From Dehalococcoidia bacterium (lineage in GTDB: Bacteria; Chloroflexota; Dehalococcoidia; Lucifugimonadales; UBA3495): a DNA stretch of 64,000 bases. The notes beneath the pieces are model-generated. The model had not been told where the DNA came from. It searched no databases and saw only the letters and a list, made by a program, of their open reading frames with translations. Of the stretch, positions 43,892 through 55,009 are shown one piece after another. The DNA lies in NCBI GenBank assembly GCA_965203985.1, contig CBDBDS010000002.1, forward strand, positions 612,809 through 676,808. The letters are read 5' to 3'. Both the position numbers and the translations under genes were made by a program. Position 1 is the stretch's first letter. Each line of letters begins with the position of its first letter.

Positions 43892-45298
43892 TTGCCAACC
43901 AACACAGCATCACTCTTGCGATCAAACCCTGCCGGCCGACTGTTTGCGTTGGCCGGCATATTCTTGTTGACCCTGGCCGTCGCTGCCTGCGCTCCATCTG
44001 ACGACGCATCGAGCAGCGAACCCTGGGCGGCTCCCCTCGCTCCTACAACCGAGGCGTTCCCAACTCTGGAACCCGCCGCCGATCTGCCCACGGCAGCCCT
44101 CGCCGACGCCGCCACGCCATTGCCGACGGCTGCGATGGCTGACGTGGCGACCGCTCTCCCCACCGTGGCACCGCTGATGTCCTCCCCCGAAAGCATGGTG
44201 CAAACCGTTCCCGACGCCGCGGCTGAGGAGGCGCGCACGAAATACCAACGCCTGCTGCGCGCCCAGTGGGACACCGACTTCACGCGGACGACAATCTCTT
44301 TCGACGAGATCATGACCGGCGGACCGCCCAAGGACGGCATCCCGTCAATCGACGACCCGCAGTTCGAGTCGATAACCGATGCCGACCTCTGGCTTGACGA
44401 TCTTGAGCCCGTGCAGGTGGTGGACCTCAACGGCGACGTTCGCGCGTACCCCGTGCAGGTGATGGTATGGCACGAACTGGTCAACGACACCGTGGGCGGA
44501 GAACCGGTGGTCATCACCTTTTGACCGCTCTGCAATACCGCCTTCGTGTACAGGCGGACGCTCGACGACCAGACCCTCGATTTCGGGACCACCGGCGCGC
44601 TGCGCGACAGCAACCTGCTGATGTACGACCGCCAGACCGAGACGTGGTGGCAGGAAGTGGGCGGCGAGGGCGTCATCGGCCACTTCGCCGGTCGCAAGCT
44701 GGAACAACTCTACCTGTCAATCGTGTCGTGGGCAGACTTCAAAGCGGCTCACCCCGACGGCCGGGTGCTTTCGCGGCCCGATTCCGGTCGTGCCTACGGA
44801 CAGAACCCATACGCCGGCTACGACCGGCCGGGCAGCGAACCGTTCCTGTTCGAGGGCGAAAAAGACCCCCGGTTGCCGGCCGTGGAGCGGGTGGTGGCCG
44901 TGGAACGCGGCAACGATGCCTGGGCCGTGTCATTCACCACGCTGGCCGAGGAGCGGGTGGTCACCGCATCGGTAGCCGGCGAGGACATCGTGGTGTTCTG
45001 GTCGCCGGGAACCGCGTCCGCGCTGGACTCCGGATCCATCGCCAGGGGACGGGACGTAGGCACCGCCGGCATCTTTTCCCCGCGAGGCCCCGACGGCAAC
45101 GCGCTGACCTTCGCGCCGGACGCCGAAGGCCGCATCATCGACGAACAGACCGGGAGCCAATGGGACATATTCGGACGCGCCATCCACGGGCCGCTGCAAG
45201 GCGAGCAACTGACCCCGGTGCCGGGTCGCATCGGCCAGCTGTGGTTCTCGTGGGCGGTGTACCGGCCGGATACCGTCGTGTATCCCGCCACGAGCTGA
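43892..45298 (+). CDS. DUF3179-family lipoprotein with one in-frame TGA (44522-44524) at the conserved CPLC cysteine: candidate selenoprotein (otherwise a nonsense-disrupted gene)
   Basis: The tracked ORFs 43892..44524 and 44546..45298 share one frame and are separated only by the TGA. Joined, they read 'DGIPSIDDPQF...AYPVQVMVWHELVNDTVGGEPVVITF[TGA]PLCNTAFVYRR...SNLLMYDRQTETWWQ', colinear with DUF3179 as I remember it. Lipobox 'LAVAAC'. The start is 3 nt after the permease stop. Confidence 0.7.
44538..44557 (+). other. SECIS-like hairpin downstream of the DUF3179 TGA
   Basis: CCGCCT-TCGTGTAC-AGGCGG: a 6-bp perfect stem with an 8-nt loop containing GU. The stem starts 13 nt after the TGA. Confidence 0.4.
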
Positions 45299-45308
45299 GC
45301 GACCCTGC

Positions 45309-46157
45309 ATGCCCGTGCTTAAAGTAGTGATCGTCACCGCCTTAGCTGCATTAGCGGTCCTTACGCTGACCCTGTCGGCTTGTGGTCAGACGACCGGCGA
45401 CCCATCTGAGAACGGTGCCCAGGCCGCAACACCCAACATTGGGGCAACCGTGCAGGCTGCACTGCGTTCATTGGAAAACACCCAGCTTCCGACCGTTGCC
45501 CAGAGCGCCGATCCAACCACTGCACCCGTGCAGCCTGCGACGCCTGCCACCGTCCCGAATGCCGTCTCGTCTTCCAGCCCGCCGTCGGACGCAACCCACA
45601 CGCCAACCCCTCGACTGGCCGCCACGGCTACGGCAATGTCCTCGCCCACGTCGCCGCCAACGGTGGAGGTCACGCCGACCGCCGAGATCGTCCGGTCAAC
45701 GGCAGTACTCCCAACCGCGACCCCTGAAGGAGCCGGTCAGCGGGCACCAGCGCCGATGTTCGCGGGGACCTTCATGGACGGCAACGATTATCAGCTCGAT
45801 GACACCGTCGGCACCCCGACGTTGTTGATGTTCTGGGCTCCCTGGTGACCCCATTGCCAGCGGCAGTTGCCGTCTGTACAGGGTTTCCACGAGGACTACA
45901 ACGGAGTCGACGCCGACATAGTGGGGATCGCAATAAGCGCGCCCGAACCGGAAGTCCGCGCGCTGATAGAGAAGCAGGGTCTGACCTTTCCCGTCGCCTA
46001 TGACCCGGCTGGACAACTCTCGAGCGTGTATGGCGTCTCCGGCGTGCCTTTCTACATCTTCATCGACAAGGCCGGTCGTATCGCCCACACCATTCCAGGC
46101 GCCCCGAACGACGTAAACACGATCAAAAACTGGATCGAGGACCTGCAGGCGGAATAG
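45309..46157 (+). CDS. TlpA/ResA-like thioredoxin-fold lipoprotein with an in-frame TGA (45846-45848) at the first Cys of the CxxC motif: candidate selenoprotein
   Basis: The tracked ORFs 45309..45848 and 45867..46157 share one frame. Joined, they read 'GTPTLLMFWAPW[TGA]PHCQRQLPSV...GLTFPVAYDPAGQLSSVYGVSGVPFYIFIDKAGRI', the classic 'FWA.WC.PC' redoxin layout. Lipobox 'LSAC' plus a long Pro/Thr/Ala tether. Confidence 0.75.
45860..45873 (+). other. SECIS-like hairpin downstream of the thioredoxin TGA
   Basis: GCGGC-AGTT-GCCGT: 5 pairs including a terminal G-U, with loop AGUU. It is extendable by A-T and C-G pairs across a bulged C (45858-45876). The stem starts exactly 11 nt after the TGA. Confidence 0.4.
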
Positions 46158-46200
46158 CGCACCGTTGGCCGCATGATCCGGGCACTGGATGAATCAGAGA

Positions 46201-46226
46201 GCCCCACGGAAATCACGACGTGGGGC
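46201..46226 (+). terminator. Hairpin terminator ending the ABC-module-2 / DUF3179 / thioredoxin unit
   Basis: 8-bp perfect stem GCCCCACG / CGTGGGGC with a 10-nt loop, followed by TCTCTC. Confidence 0.55.
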
Positions 46227-46237
46227 TCTCTCACGCG

Positions 46238-46358
46238 TACCCAGTTTCACACGAACTGTCATTGCGAGCGCAGCGCGGCAATCTCGTCAGGGCAACGAAC
46301 GCCGCCACGGGAACGGGATCGGCACGTCGCTGCGCTCCTCGTGATGACCAACTGGGTA
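46238..46358. repeat. Full-length family A element with outer TIRs
   Basis: TACCCAGTT (46238-46246) ... GTCATTGCGAGCGCAGCGCGGCAATCTCG ... CGTCGCTGCGCTCCTCGTGATGAC ... AACTGGGTA (46350-46358). The same AACTGGGTA end also closes the tandem array at ~13967. Confidence 0.85.
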
Positions 46359-46401
46359 GGCGTGAGGTGGGGCTCCATCTATCGCCGGATGCCTACGCAG
46401 G

Positions 46402-47478
46402 CTATCCTCGCCAGATCCGACGCATCCGGCGCACCGAGTCCAGCCGGGACTCCGCCAGGATGTCCGCCGCCCGCGCGGTGGATATCTCCTGCTTGCGGGA
46501 CGTGGTCAGCACTTCGGACATCTGCTCGTAGATCCGCTCCGTTTGCTGACGCGAGCGGTCCGGGTTGTACGGCTGGCCGATCTCGGCCGCGGCGTTGATG
46601 ATGCCGCCGGCGTTGATCAGGAAATCGGGCGCATAGACGATTCCCCGGCGATGCAGTTCCTCGCCATCCTCGGCGGTCATCAGCTGGTTGTTGGCGCCGC
46701 CGGCCACGATGCCGCAACGCAGGCGATCAATGGTGGCCGAGTTGATGACACCGCCCAGCGCGCACGGAGCGAAGATGTCGCACTGAGCATCGTAGATCTC
46801 GTCGGGCCCGACCACCTTGACGCCCATCTGGCGCGCCCGATCCAGGGCCATCTCGTTGACGTCGGTGGCGATGATGCGGACGTCGTCCTCCAGCAGATGA
46901 CCCGCCGTGTGCGTGGCCACCTTGCCGAACCCCTGCATGGCGACGGTGCGGCCGCGCAGATTGTCCGTGCCCCAGACGTCGGCGGCGCAGGCCCTCATTC
47001 CCATGTAAATCCCCAGGCCGGTCATGACCGACGTGTCCCCGCTGCCGCCCAGGGTCACGTCGAGGCCCACCACGTGTTCCGTTTCCTGGCGCACGGCCTC
47101 CAGGTCTCGCCCGGTGGTTCCCACGTCGGTGGTGGTGAGGTAGCGACCGCCCAGCGTATCAACGAACCGGCCCCAGGCCCGCAGCAGCGACTCCGTTTTG
47201 TCAGTGCGGGGATCGCCGATGATGACGCCTTTCCCTCCGCCAAGGTGCAAGCCGGCCGCCGCCGATTTGTAGGTCATGGCCCTGGAGAGGTTCAGCGCGT
47301 CCGTGAGGGCTTCCTGTTCGGTGGCGTAGGGCCACATCCGGGTCCCGCCACAGGACGGCCCCAGGGTGGTGTCGTGGATGGCGATGATGCCTCGCAGACC
47401 GGACTCGGGGTCGCTGTACATCGTCACCTGCTCATGCCCGCGATTGACCATCGTATTCAGTACGTCCATTGCTTCCAC
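46402..47478 (-). CDS. Glu/Leu/Phe/Val dehydrogenase family, leucine/valine-dehydrogenase size class
   Basis: 358 aa. 'LHLGGGKGVIIGDP' holds the catalytic Lys in a GGGK context. 'GRTVAMQGFGKVATH' is the Rossmann motif. Confidence 0.85.
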   Translation of the reverse strand: MEAMDVLNTMVNRGHEQVTMYSDPESGLRGIIAIHDTTLGPSCGGTRMWPYATEQEALTDALNLSRAMTYKSAAAGLHLGGGKGVIIGDPRTDKTESLLRAWGRFVDTLGGRYLTTTDVGTTGRDLEAVRQETEHVVGLDVTLGGSGDTSVMTGLGIYMGMRACAADVWGTDNLRGRTVAMQGFGKVATHTAGHLLEDDVRIIATDVNEMALDRARQMGVKVVGPDEIYDAQCDIFAPCALGGVINSATIDRLRCGIVAGGANNQLMTAEDGEELHRRGIVYAPDFLINAGGIINAAAEIGQPYNPDRSRQQTERIYEQMSEVLTTSRKQEISTARAADILAESRLDSVRRMRRIWRG

Positions 47479-47869
47479 CTCCTGCGAATATGCTTCGCTG
47501 CATTAATTATAAGACACCACTCAGGCCGGGATGGACTGCGGATGAGATCGAAAGGGTGAATGCAGGCCATGCGTCGCGTTCGTTATGTTAAATATATACA
47601 AGGGAATGGGGGTATTGGATCTCTGAAGAAGCACGGTTTGCCATCAGGCCCGCGTGCGCCACTCCAGCCGGTTATGCCAGGCGACCGCCGACCAGCGCAC
47701 TGAGTACCTGACTCGCGAGCCGGCCACGAGCATACCGCTGCTGGCCGGGAATAAAGCCCCTGACGCGCTCGGCTCCGGCCTGAATCTTTCTGACGCGGAA
47801 ACGTGGCCACTGCTACAATGAGCATAGTTCCGCCCGACCGCTGCGTGAACGCGTCGGCGACCCGATATC

Positions 47870-50197
47870 ATGGCCCAGCCATCGCATAACACCCTCGTTC
47901 TGCCCGTCGCCGGGATGACGTGCGCGGCATGTGTCTATCATGTCGGTGAAGCCCTGCGGTCCGTGGACGGCGTGGCCGAGGTCAGCGTCAACTTGGCGAC
48001 CGAGCGGGCAACCATCAGCATGGGCAACGCCGATGGCGGCGCATCTCCCGACCTGGATACGCTGGCCAAGGCCGTTGCTGACGCCGGATACCGTCTGGAT
48101 ACCAACCCCCAGGTGGACGAAAGCGCTGGCGGTCGCGGCGCCGGGCCTCGGGAGCAAGAGGAGAAACGCCTCAGGGTCCGGCTTATCGTAGCAGCGGTAG
48201 GCGGAGGCGCGCTGCTGCTGGGAAGTTTCCCGGCGCTGCCGTGGACGCCCGATTTGTTGGCGATGTGGTGGTACCCGCTGCTGTTGTGGGCGGTGGCGAC
48301 CCCGGTGCAACTGTGGGCCGGATGGTCGTTCTACACCGCCGGGTGGGCCGGAATCCGGCGCTTGCAGCCCAACATGCACACGCTGATCGGCCTGGGCACG
48401 TCGGTGGCCTATGGCTACAGCGTGGCAGTCGTGCTGATGACCCTGCTCGCTCCCGGCGCATTGACTGCACCTGGAGCGCATCAGCTGCACTTCGACATGG
48501 CAGCCATAATCGTCGCGCTGATCCTGCTGGGACGCTGGCTGGAGGCCCGCGCCCTGTCCCGCACGTCCGGTGCAATCGAACGGCTGCTGGACCTGCGGCC
48601 CCAGACGGCCCACCTCATGGCTGCGGACGGCTCCATATCTGATGTGCCGGTAGAAAACGTTGCAACCGGAGACACCCTGGCCGTCCGCCCGGGCGAGCAA
48701 ATCCCGGTCGATGGCGAAGTGACCAGCGGGACCAGCGCAGTGGATCAATCCGCGCTGACCGGCGAGAGTATGCCAGCCGATAAATCTGCCGGCGATTCCG
48801 TGTTCGCCGGCACCCTGAACGGAACCGGCGCGATTCTCATGCGGGCCACCCGTGTCGGCACGGATACGACGCTGGCCCAGGTGATACGCCTGGTGGAAGA
48901 GGCCCAGGGCTCGGCGGCCCCGGTGCAGCGACTGGCCGATCGCGTCGCCGCCTGGTTTGTGCCGGCGGTGGGTCTGATTGCACTGGCCGCGGCGATACTG
49001 TGGCTGTTCCTGGGGCCGGACCCGTCGGTGCGGTACGCAATGCTGACCCTGGTTGCGGTTTTCATCATCGCGTGCCCGTGCGCGTTGGGTCTGGCAACTC
49101 CCACCGCCATCATCGTTGGAGTGGGCCGAAGCGCGGAGCGCGGCATCCTGATCCGGAGCGCCGCCGCCCTGGAAACCGCTCATCGCGTGGACGTCGTTGC
49201 CCTGGACAAGACCGGCACCCTGACCACGGGGCAACCGGAGGTCACCGACATTGTGCCGGCGCCGGGTGTTCGCGCAACCGATGTGCTGCGTTACGCGGCA
49301 TCGGTCGAAACCCTGTCGGAACACCCCCTTGGTCAGGCGGTGCTGCGTCGGGCTCAAGTCGACGGTTTGACAGTCGCCCCGTCCACGGATTTCATTGCCC
49401 ACGCCGGCGCGGGCGTGACCGCAGTAGTCGCCGAACAAGGGGTGGCGGTCGGCAACGCCTCACTCATGCAACAGGTCGGCGCGTCGCCGGACGCCGAGCT
49501 TGTCGCGGCAGCGACACAACTCGCTGAAGGCGGATCTACCCCCATGTTCGTGGCCCGAGGCGCGCGTGTTGTCGGCGTGATCGCCGTTGCCGACCGGGTG
49601 AAGCCCGGGACGCCTGCAGCGGTGGCGGCCCTGCATCAAATGGGGGTGCGGACGGTGATGCTCTCCGGCGACCGCCCGGAGGTGGCGGCGTCCGTGGCAT
49701 CGGCGTGCGGCATCGACGAGTACCATGCCGGAATGTTGCCGGCCGACAAGGCGGATGCCATCGCCAGGATGCAGGAGGAAGGGCATACCGTGGCAATGGT
49801 GGGCGACGGCATCAATGACGCGCCGGCGTTGGCTCGGGCCAACGTCGGGGTGGCCATGGGCGGCGGGACTGACATCGCCCGGGAAACCGCGGACGTCACG
49901 CTGATGCGTGACGATCTCATAGGCGTTGCCACCGCGCTGAGAATGTCCCGATCCACGATGCGGACCATCCGGCAGAACCTGTTCTGGGCCTTCTTCTACA
50001 ACACGCTGCTGATCCCGGTGGCCGCGGGGGCGCTGTATCCGGTGTTCATCGCGCTGGGCGGCGTACCGGCCGGGCTGGTGTTTTTCTTCGGCGATGCCGG
50101 GTTCCTGAACCCCATCCTGGCGGCGCTGGCCATGGCCTTCAGCTCAGTCAGCGTGGTCAGCAACTCCCTGCGGCTGCGGAGGGTGTCGATTCGGTAA
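47870..50197 (+). CDS. copA: Copper-translocating P1B-type ATPase
   Basis: N-terminal HMA domain 'GMTCAACVYHV', TM6 'CPC' ('IIACPCALGLATP'), 'DKTGTLT' and 'GDGINDAPAL'. 775 aa. A TGCTACAAT extended -10-like motif lies at ~47810-47818. Confidence 0.92.
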   Translation: MAQPSHNTLVLPVAGMTCAACVYHVGEALRSVDGVAEVSVNLATERATISMGNADGGASPDLDTLAKAVADAGYRLDTNPQVDESAGGRGAGPREQEEKRLRVRLIVAAVGGGALLLGSFPALPWTPDLLAMWWYPLLLWAVATPVQLWAGWSFYTAGWAGIRRLQPNMHTLIGLGTSVAYGYSVAVVLMTLLAPGALTAPGAHQLHFDMAAIIVALILLGRWLEARALSRTSGAIERLLDLRPQTAHLMAADGSISDVPVENVATGDTLAVRPGEQIPVDGEVTSGTSAVDQSALTGESMPADKSAGDSVFAGTLNGTGAILMRATRVGTDTTLAQVIRLVEEAQGSAAPVQRLADRVAAWFVPAVGLIALAAAILWLFLGPDPSVRYAMLTLVAVFIIACPCALGLATPTAIIVGVGRSAERGILIRSAAALETAHRVDVVALDKTGTLTTGQPEVTDIVPAPGVRATDVLRYAASVETLSEHPLGQAVLRRAQVDGLTVAPSTDFIAHAGAGVTAVVAEQGVAVGNASLMQQVGASPDAELVAAATQLAEGGSTPMFVARGARVVGVIAVADRVKPGTPAAVAALHQMGVRTVMLSGDRPEVAASVASACGIDEYHAGMLPADKADAIARMQEEGHTVAMVGDGINDAPALARANVGVAMGGGTDIARETADVTLMRDDLIGVATALRMSRSTMRTIRQNLFWAFFYNTLLIPVAAGALYPVFIALGGVPAGLVFFFGDAGFLNPILAALAMAFSSVSVVSNSLRLRRVSIR

Positions 50198-50221
50198 CAT
50201 CCCATTTTGCACGGGTTTTTA

Positions 50222-50293
50222 CATGGATGCACAGGATAGGCACGATGGTACTGGTCGGAGGCTCTCTAGATTCCGGCTTTCGCGGGAATGACG
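50222..50293. repeat. Family C copy plus family B copy downstream of copA
   Basis: CATGGATGCACAGGATAGG (50222-50240) and GATTCCGGCTTTCGCGGGAATGACG (50269-50293). Confidence 0.8.
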
Positions 50294-50389
50294 AAAACCC
50301 AACCACGCTAAAATCGCGACATTATTGCGCTTATCTGTAAAGCGTTGCAAACTGATACAATGTGCTTGAAAGCCCGCTGATAGCGGCAT

Positions 50390-50530
50390 ATGGAGCGCAT
50401 CATGGAAATTGAATTGCTGCGTGGATTGTTGATAGCTTGGCTGGTGAGCAACATCGTGTTGTTAGCCGCACTAATTTTTTTTGGATGCTATACGGGCATT
50501 TTCCCGATTTTCTATCGCGATGGGAAATAA
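50390..50530 (+). CDS. Possible 46-aa hydrophobic micro-protein (below the ORF-track cutoff)
   Basis: My own translation: 'MERIMEIELLRGLLIAWLVSNIVLLAALIFFGCYTGIFPIFYRDGK*'. One clear TM span. It lies in a low-GC patch between copA and the YHS gene. No other support. Confidence 0.3.
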   Translation: MERIMEIELLRGLLIAWLVSNIVLLAALIFFGCYTGIFPIFYRDGK

Positions 50531-50567
50531 TTCCGATCATGGAAAACTCCAGTGGAGATGGCAAGCC

Positions 50568-50801
50568 ATGGCAACCGCAACCGACCCCATTTGCCTGATG
50601 CAGGTAGATACCGACAATCCCAACGGCGGAACCAGCGAGCACGCCGGGCAGACCTACTACTTCTGCGCCCCGGGGTGCCGCATCGCCTTCGAGCGCGACC
50701 CGGAAGGGTGGGCCTCCGGTCGCAACAAACCCATCGCCATGGAGGAGCCGCAACCGCAGCCGGTCACGTTCGTACGCCGGCTGTTCCGTCGCGGACAATA
50801 G
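50568..50801 (+). CDS. YHS/TRASH-type metal-binding domain protein
   Basis: Trimmed to 'MATATDPICLMQVDTDNP....HAGQTYYFCAPGCRIAFERDP', the DP.CGM....YYFCS..C...F pattern of YHS domains. Adjacent to copA. Confidence 0.8.
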   Translation: MATATDPICLMQVDTDNPNGGTSEHAGQTYYFCAPGCRIAFERDPEGWASGRNKPIAMEEPQPQPVTFVRRLFRRGQ

Positions 50802-50826
50802 GCAGAGTCATCGCCGGACAAAAAAC

Positions 50827-50849
50827 GGGGCGGGTTTCAAACCCGCCCC
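50827..50849. terminator. Bidirectional rho-independent terminator (YHS gene / secA)
   Basis: 9-bp stem GGGGCGGGT / ACCCGCCCC, with an A-run upstream (ACAAAAAAC) and a T-run downstream (ACTTTTCT). Confidence 0.8.
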
Positions 50850-50876
50850 ACTTTTCTCGGTCCCGAATGGTGTTGG

Positions 50877-53525
<2,649 letters not shown>

Positions 53526-53671
53526 AGGAATCCCTCACCCTTTCCTTCTTCCGGCGAAAGAAGGAACACCGTGCCAGTATAGCAATTATGAGCCGGGTAC
53601 GTTGAAAAGCCCCGGTCGGATTGCCGACCGGGGATCAACCCAATCACGGGGACCGGCGGCCCGGCGGCCGC

Positions 53672-54442
53672 CTAATCAAACTGGTAGGGGTACACCACCT
53701 GGAGCACGCGCCCGTCCCGCAGCGCGTCGAAGTACCCGTGGCTGGCCTGGGGCTGCTGGAGCCAGCGGCGGATGATATAGGCGCACAGCGACGCCAGCTG
53801 CCCGCCGACGCTGGTGGAGGCCGGGGCGATCATCAGGTCGTCGTACATATTGGGGTTGATGGAATCGTTTTCTTCGCTGAGGAAATCGCTCAGCGCCAAT
53901 GAGATCGACGTGGACCGCGCTCCCGCCATCAGCATCGCGTAGTCGTTGACGTTCCACACCGACTGCATGATGTCGTCGGGGTTCATCTGCGACATGACGT
54001 TTTCGTCGAGGAACATCGTCAGGGCCAGCAGGAACCGGCTGAACGCCAGTTGTGACGGGTCCGAATTGCCGTAGATGGAGTTGCCTTCCGTCTTGCTGGC
54101 GCTCAGGAACTGCGCCTTGTCGATGTACGACACCAGGAGCGGAACTTCGCGGCGGATCAGGATGCTCAGGCAATCCTGGATCAGCTCTCCCCGGCGCTCC
54201 GGCCGCCACGAGCGGAAGTACCCTTTGCCCTGGTAAAGGTCGCCGGGGCGCAGTTCGTTCGGCACGCCGTCGGTGCCGGCGGGAGCGCCGAAGTGCCGGC
54301 GCACCAGGGCGTCGTACTCCCCGGACATGGAGATGTACTGGCTCTCCTGCACCAGCAATCCGGCGTGGACATGATGCGGCTGACTCGGATCGTCGGCGCT
54401 GAGGCCGGTCAGGCCGGATTCACTTAGGAAAACCAGGTACAT
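53672..54442 (-). CDS. DUF3800-like protein
   Basis: The opening 'MYLVFLSESG' resembles the DUF3800 'yiDESG' start (Asp replaced by Ser). 256 aa. Less GC-rich than its flanks. Family assignment is tentative. Confidence 0.5.
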   Translation of the reverse strand: MYLVFLSESGLTGLSADDPSQPHHVHAGLLVQESQYISMSGEYDALVRRHFGAPAGTDGVPNELRPGDLYQGKGYFRSWRPERRGELIQDCLSILIRREVPLLVSYIDKAQFLSASKTEGNSIYGNSDPSQLAFSRFLLALTMFLDENVMSQMNPDDIMQSVWNVNDYAMLMAGARSTSISLALSDFLSEENDSINPNMYDDLMIAPASTSVGGQLASLCAYIIRRWLQQPQASHGYFDALRDGRVLQVVYPYQFD

Positions 54443-54535
54443 AGTAGCCTCCCAGGCTGGCGCGGCGGGCGCTATCGGCCCTGACTGGGGTTGGCGGTGA
54501 CGGCGGCGCTTGCCGGCGTCGGTGGTTGGGACCGG

Positions 54536-54844
54536 CTATTGAGCAACGGTCCTGAAGTCGACGTGGAGAACGTCTCCGGTGCGGGGTTGCCACTGGATCT
54601 CCGAGGCAACGGCCGTGTACTCGCCGGATTCGCCGGCGATGGTCACGCGGAGCGGTTGGCCGTACTCCCCGCCGGCGCGGCTGATGGCCTGGAGCAAGGT
54701 GCGAACCTCGCACTGCAACGAGCGGGATTCGACGCCCTTGCCGTAGAGATGAACAGGGACGATCCCTTCACGGCGCAGCGCTTTGACCTTCTTGCCCAGG
54801 GTGTCGCGGCTTTCGAGTTGGACGGAAACCGTCGGGGTGGTCAT
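54536..54844 (-). CDS. rplY: 50S ribosomal protein bL25 (short form)
   Basis: Trimmed to 'MTTPTVSVQLESRDTLGKKVKALRREGIVPVHLYGKGVESRSLQ...' (AGGAG RBS). About 100 aa, typical of L25 without the Ctc extension. Confidence 0.85.
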   Translation of the reverse strand: MTTPTVSVQLESRDTLGKKVKALRREGIVPVHLYGKGVESRSLQCEVRTLLQAISRAGGEYGQPLRVTIAGESGEYTAVASEIQWQPRTGDVLHVDFRTVAQ

Positions 54845-55009
54845 CGTGATCGGAACTCCTGGAAAACGTGTGGCGGGGACAACCCCGATGTGAGCGCATA
54901 TCATAGCATAATGTAGAGTTGACAAAAGACAGAACTGACGTACGATTGAATAAGGTCAGCGAGTTTGTGGTAATCACTTCAACAGTCCGCAAGTCAGAGA
55001 CCCGTCACC

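Noticed and set aside
47590-47625. 'ATACAAGGGAATGGGGGTAT' upstream of copA as a CsoR-type operator
   Set aside because: Only the outer ATAC/GTAT and one G-tract fit, and the interior is not palindromic. It lies ~250 bp from the copA start, on the far side of the dehydrogenase promoter region, and no csoR-like ORF is present.
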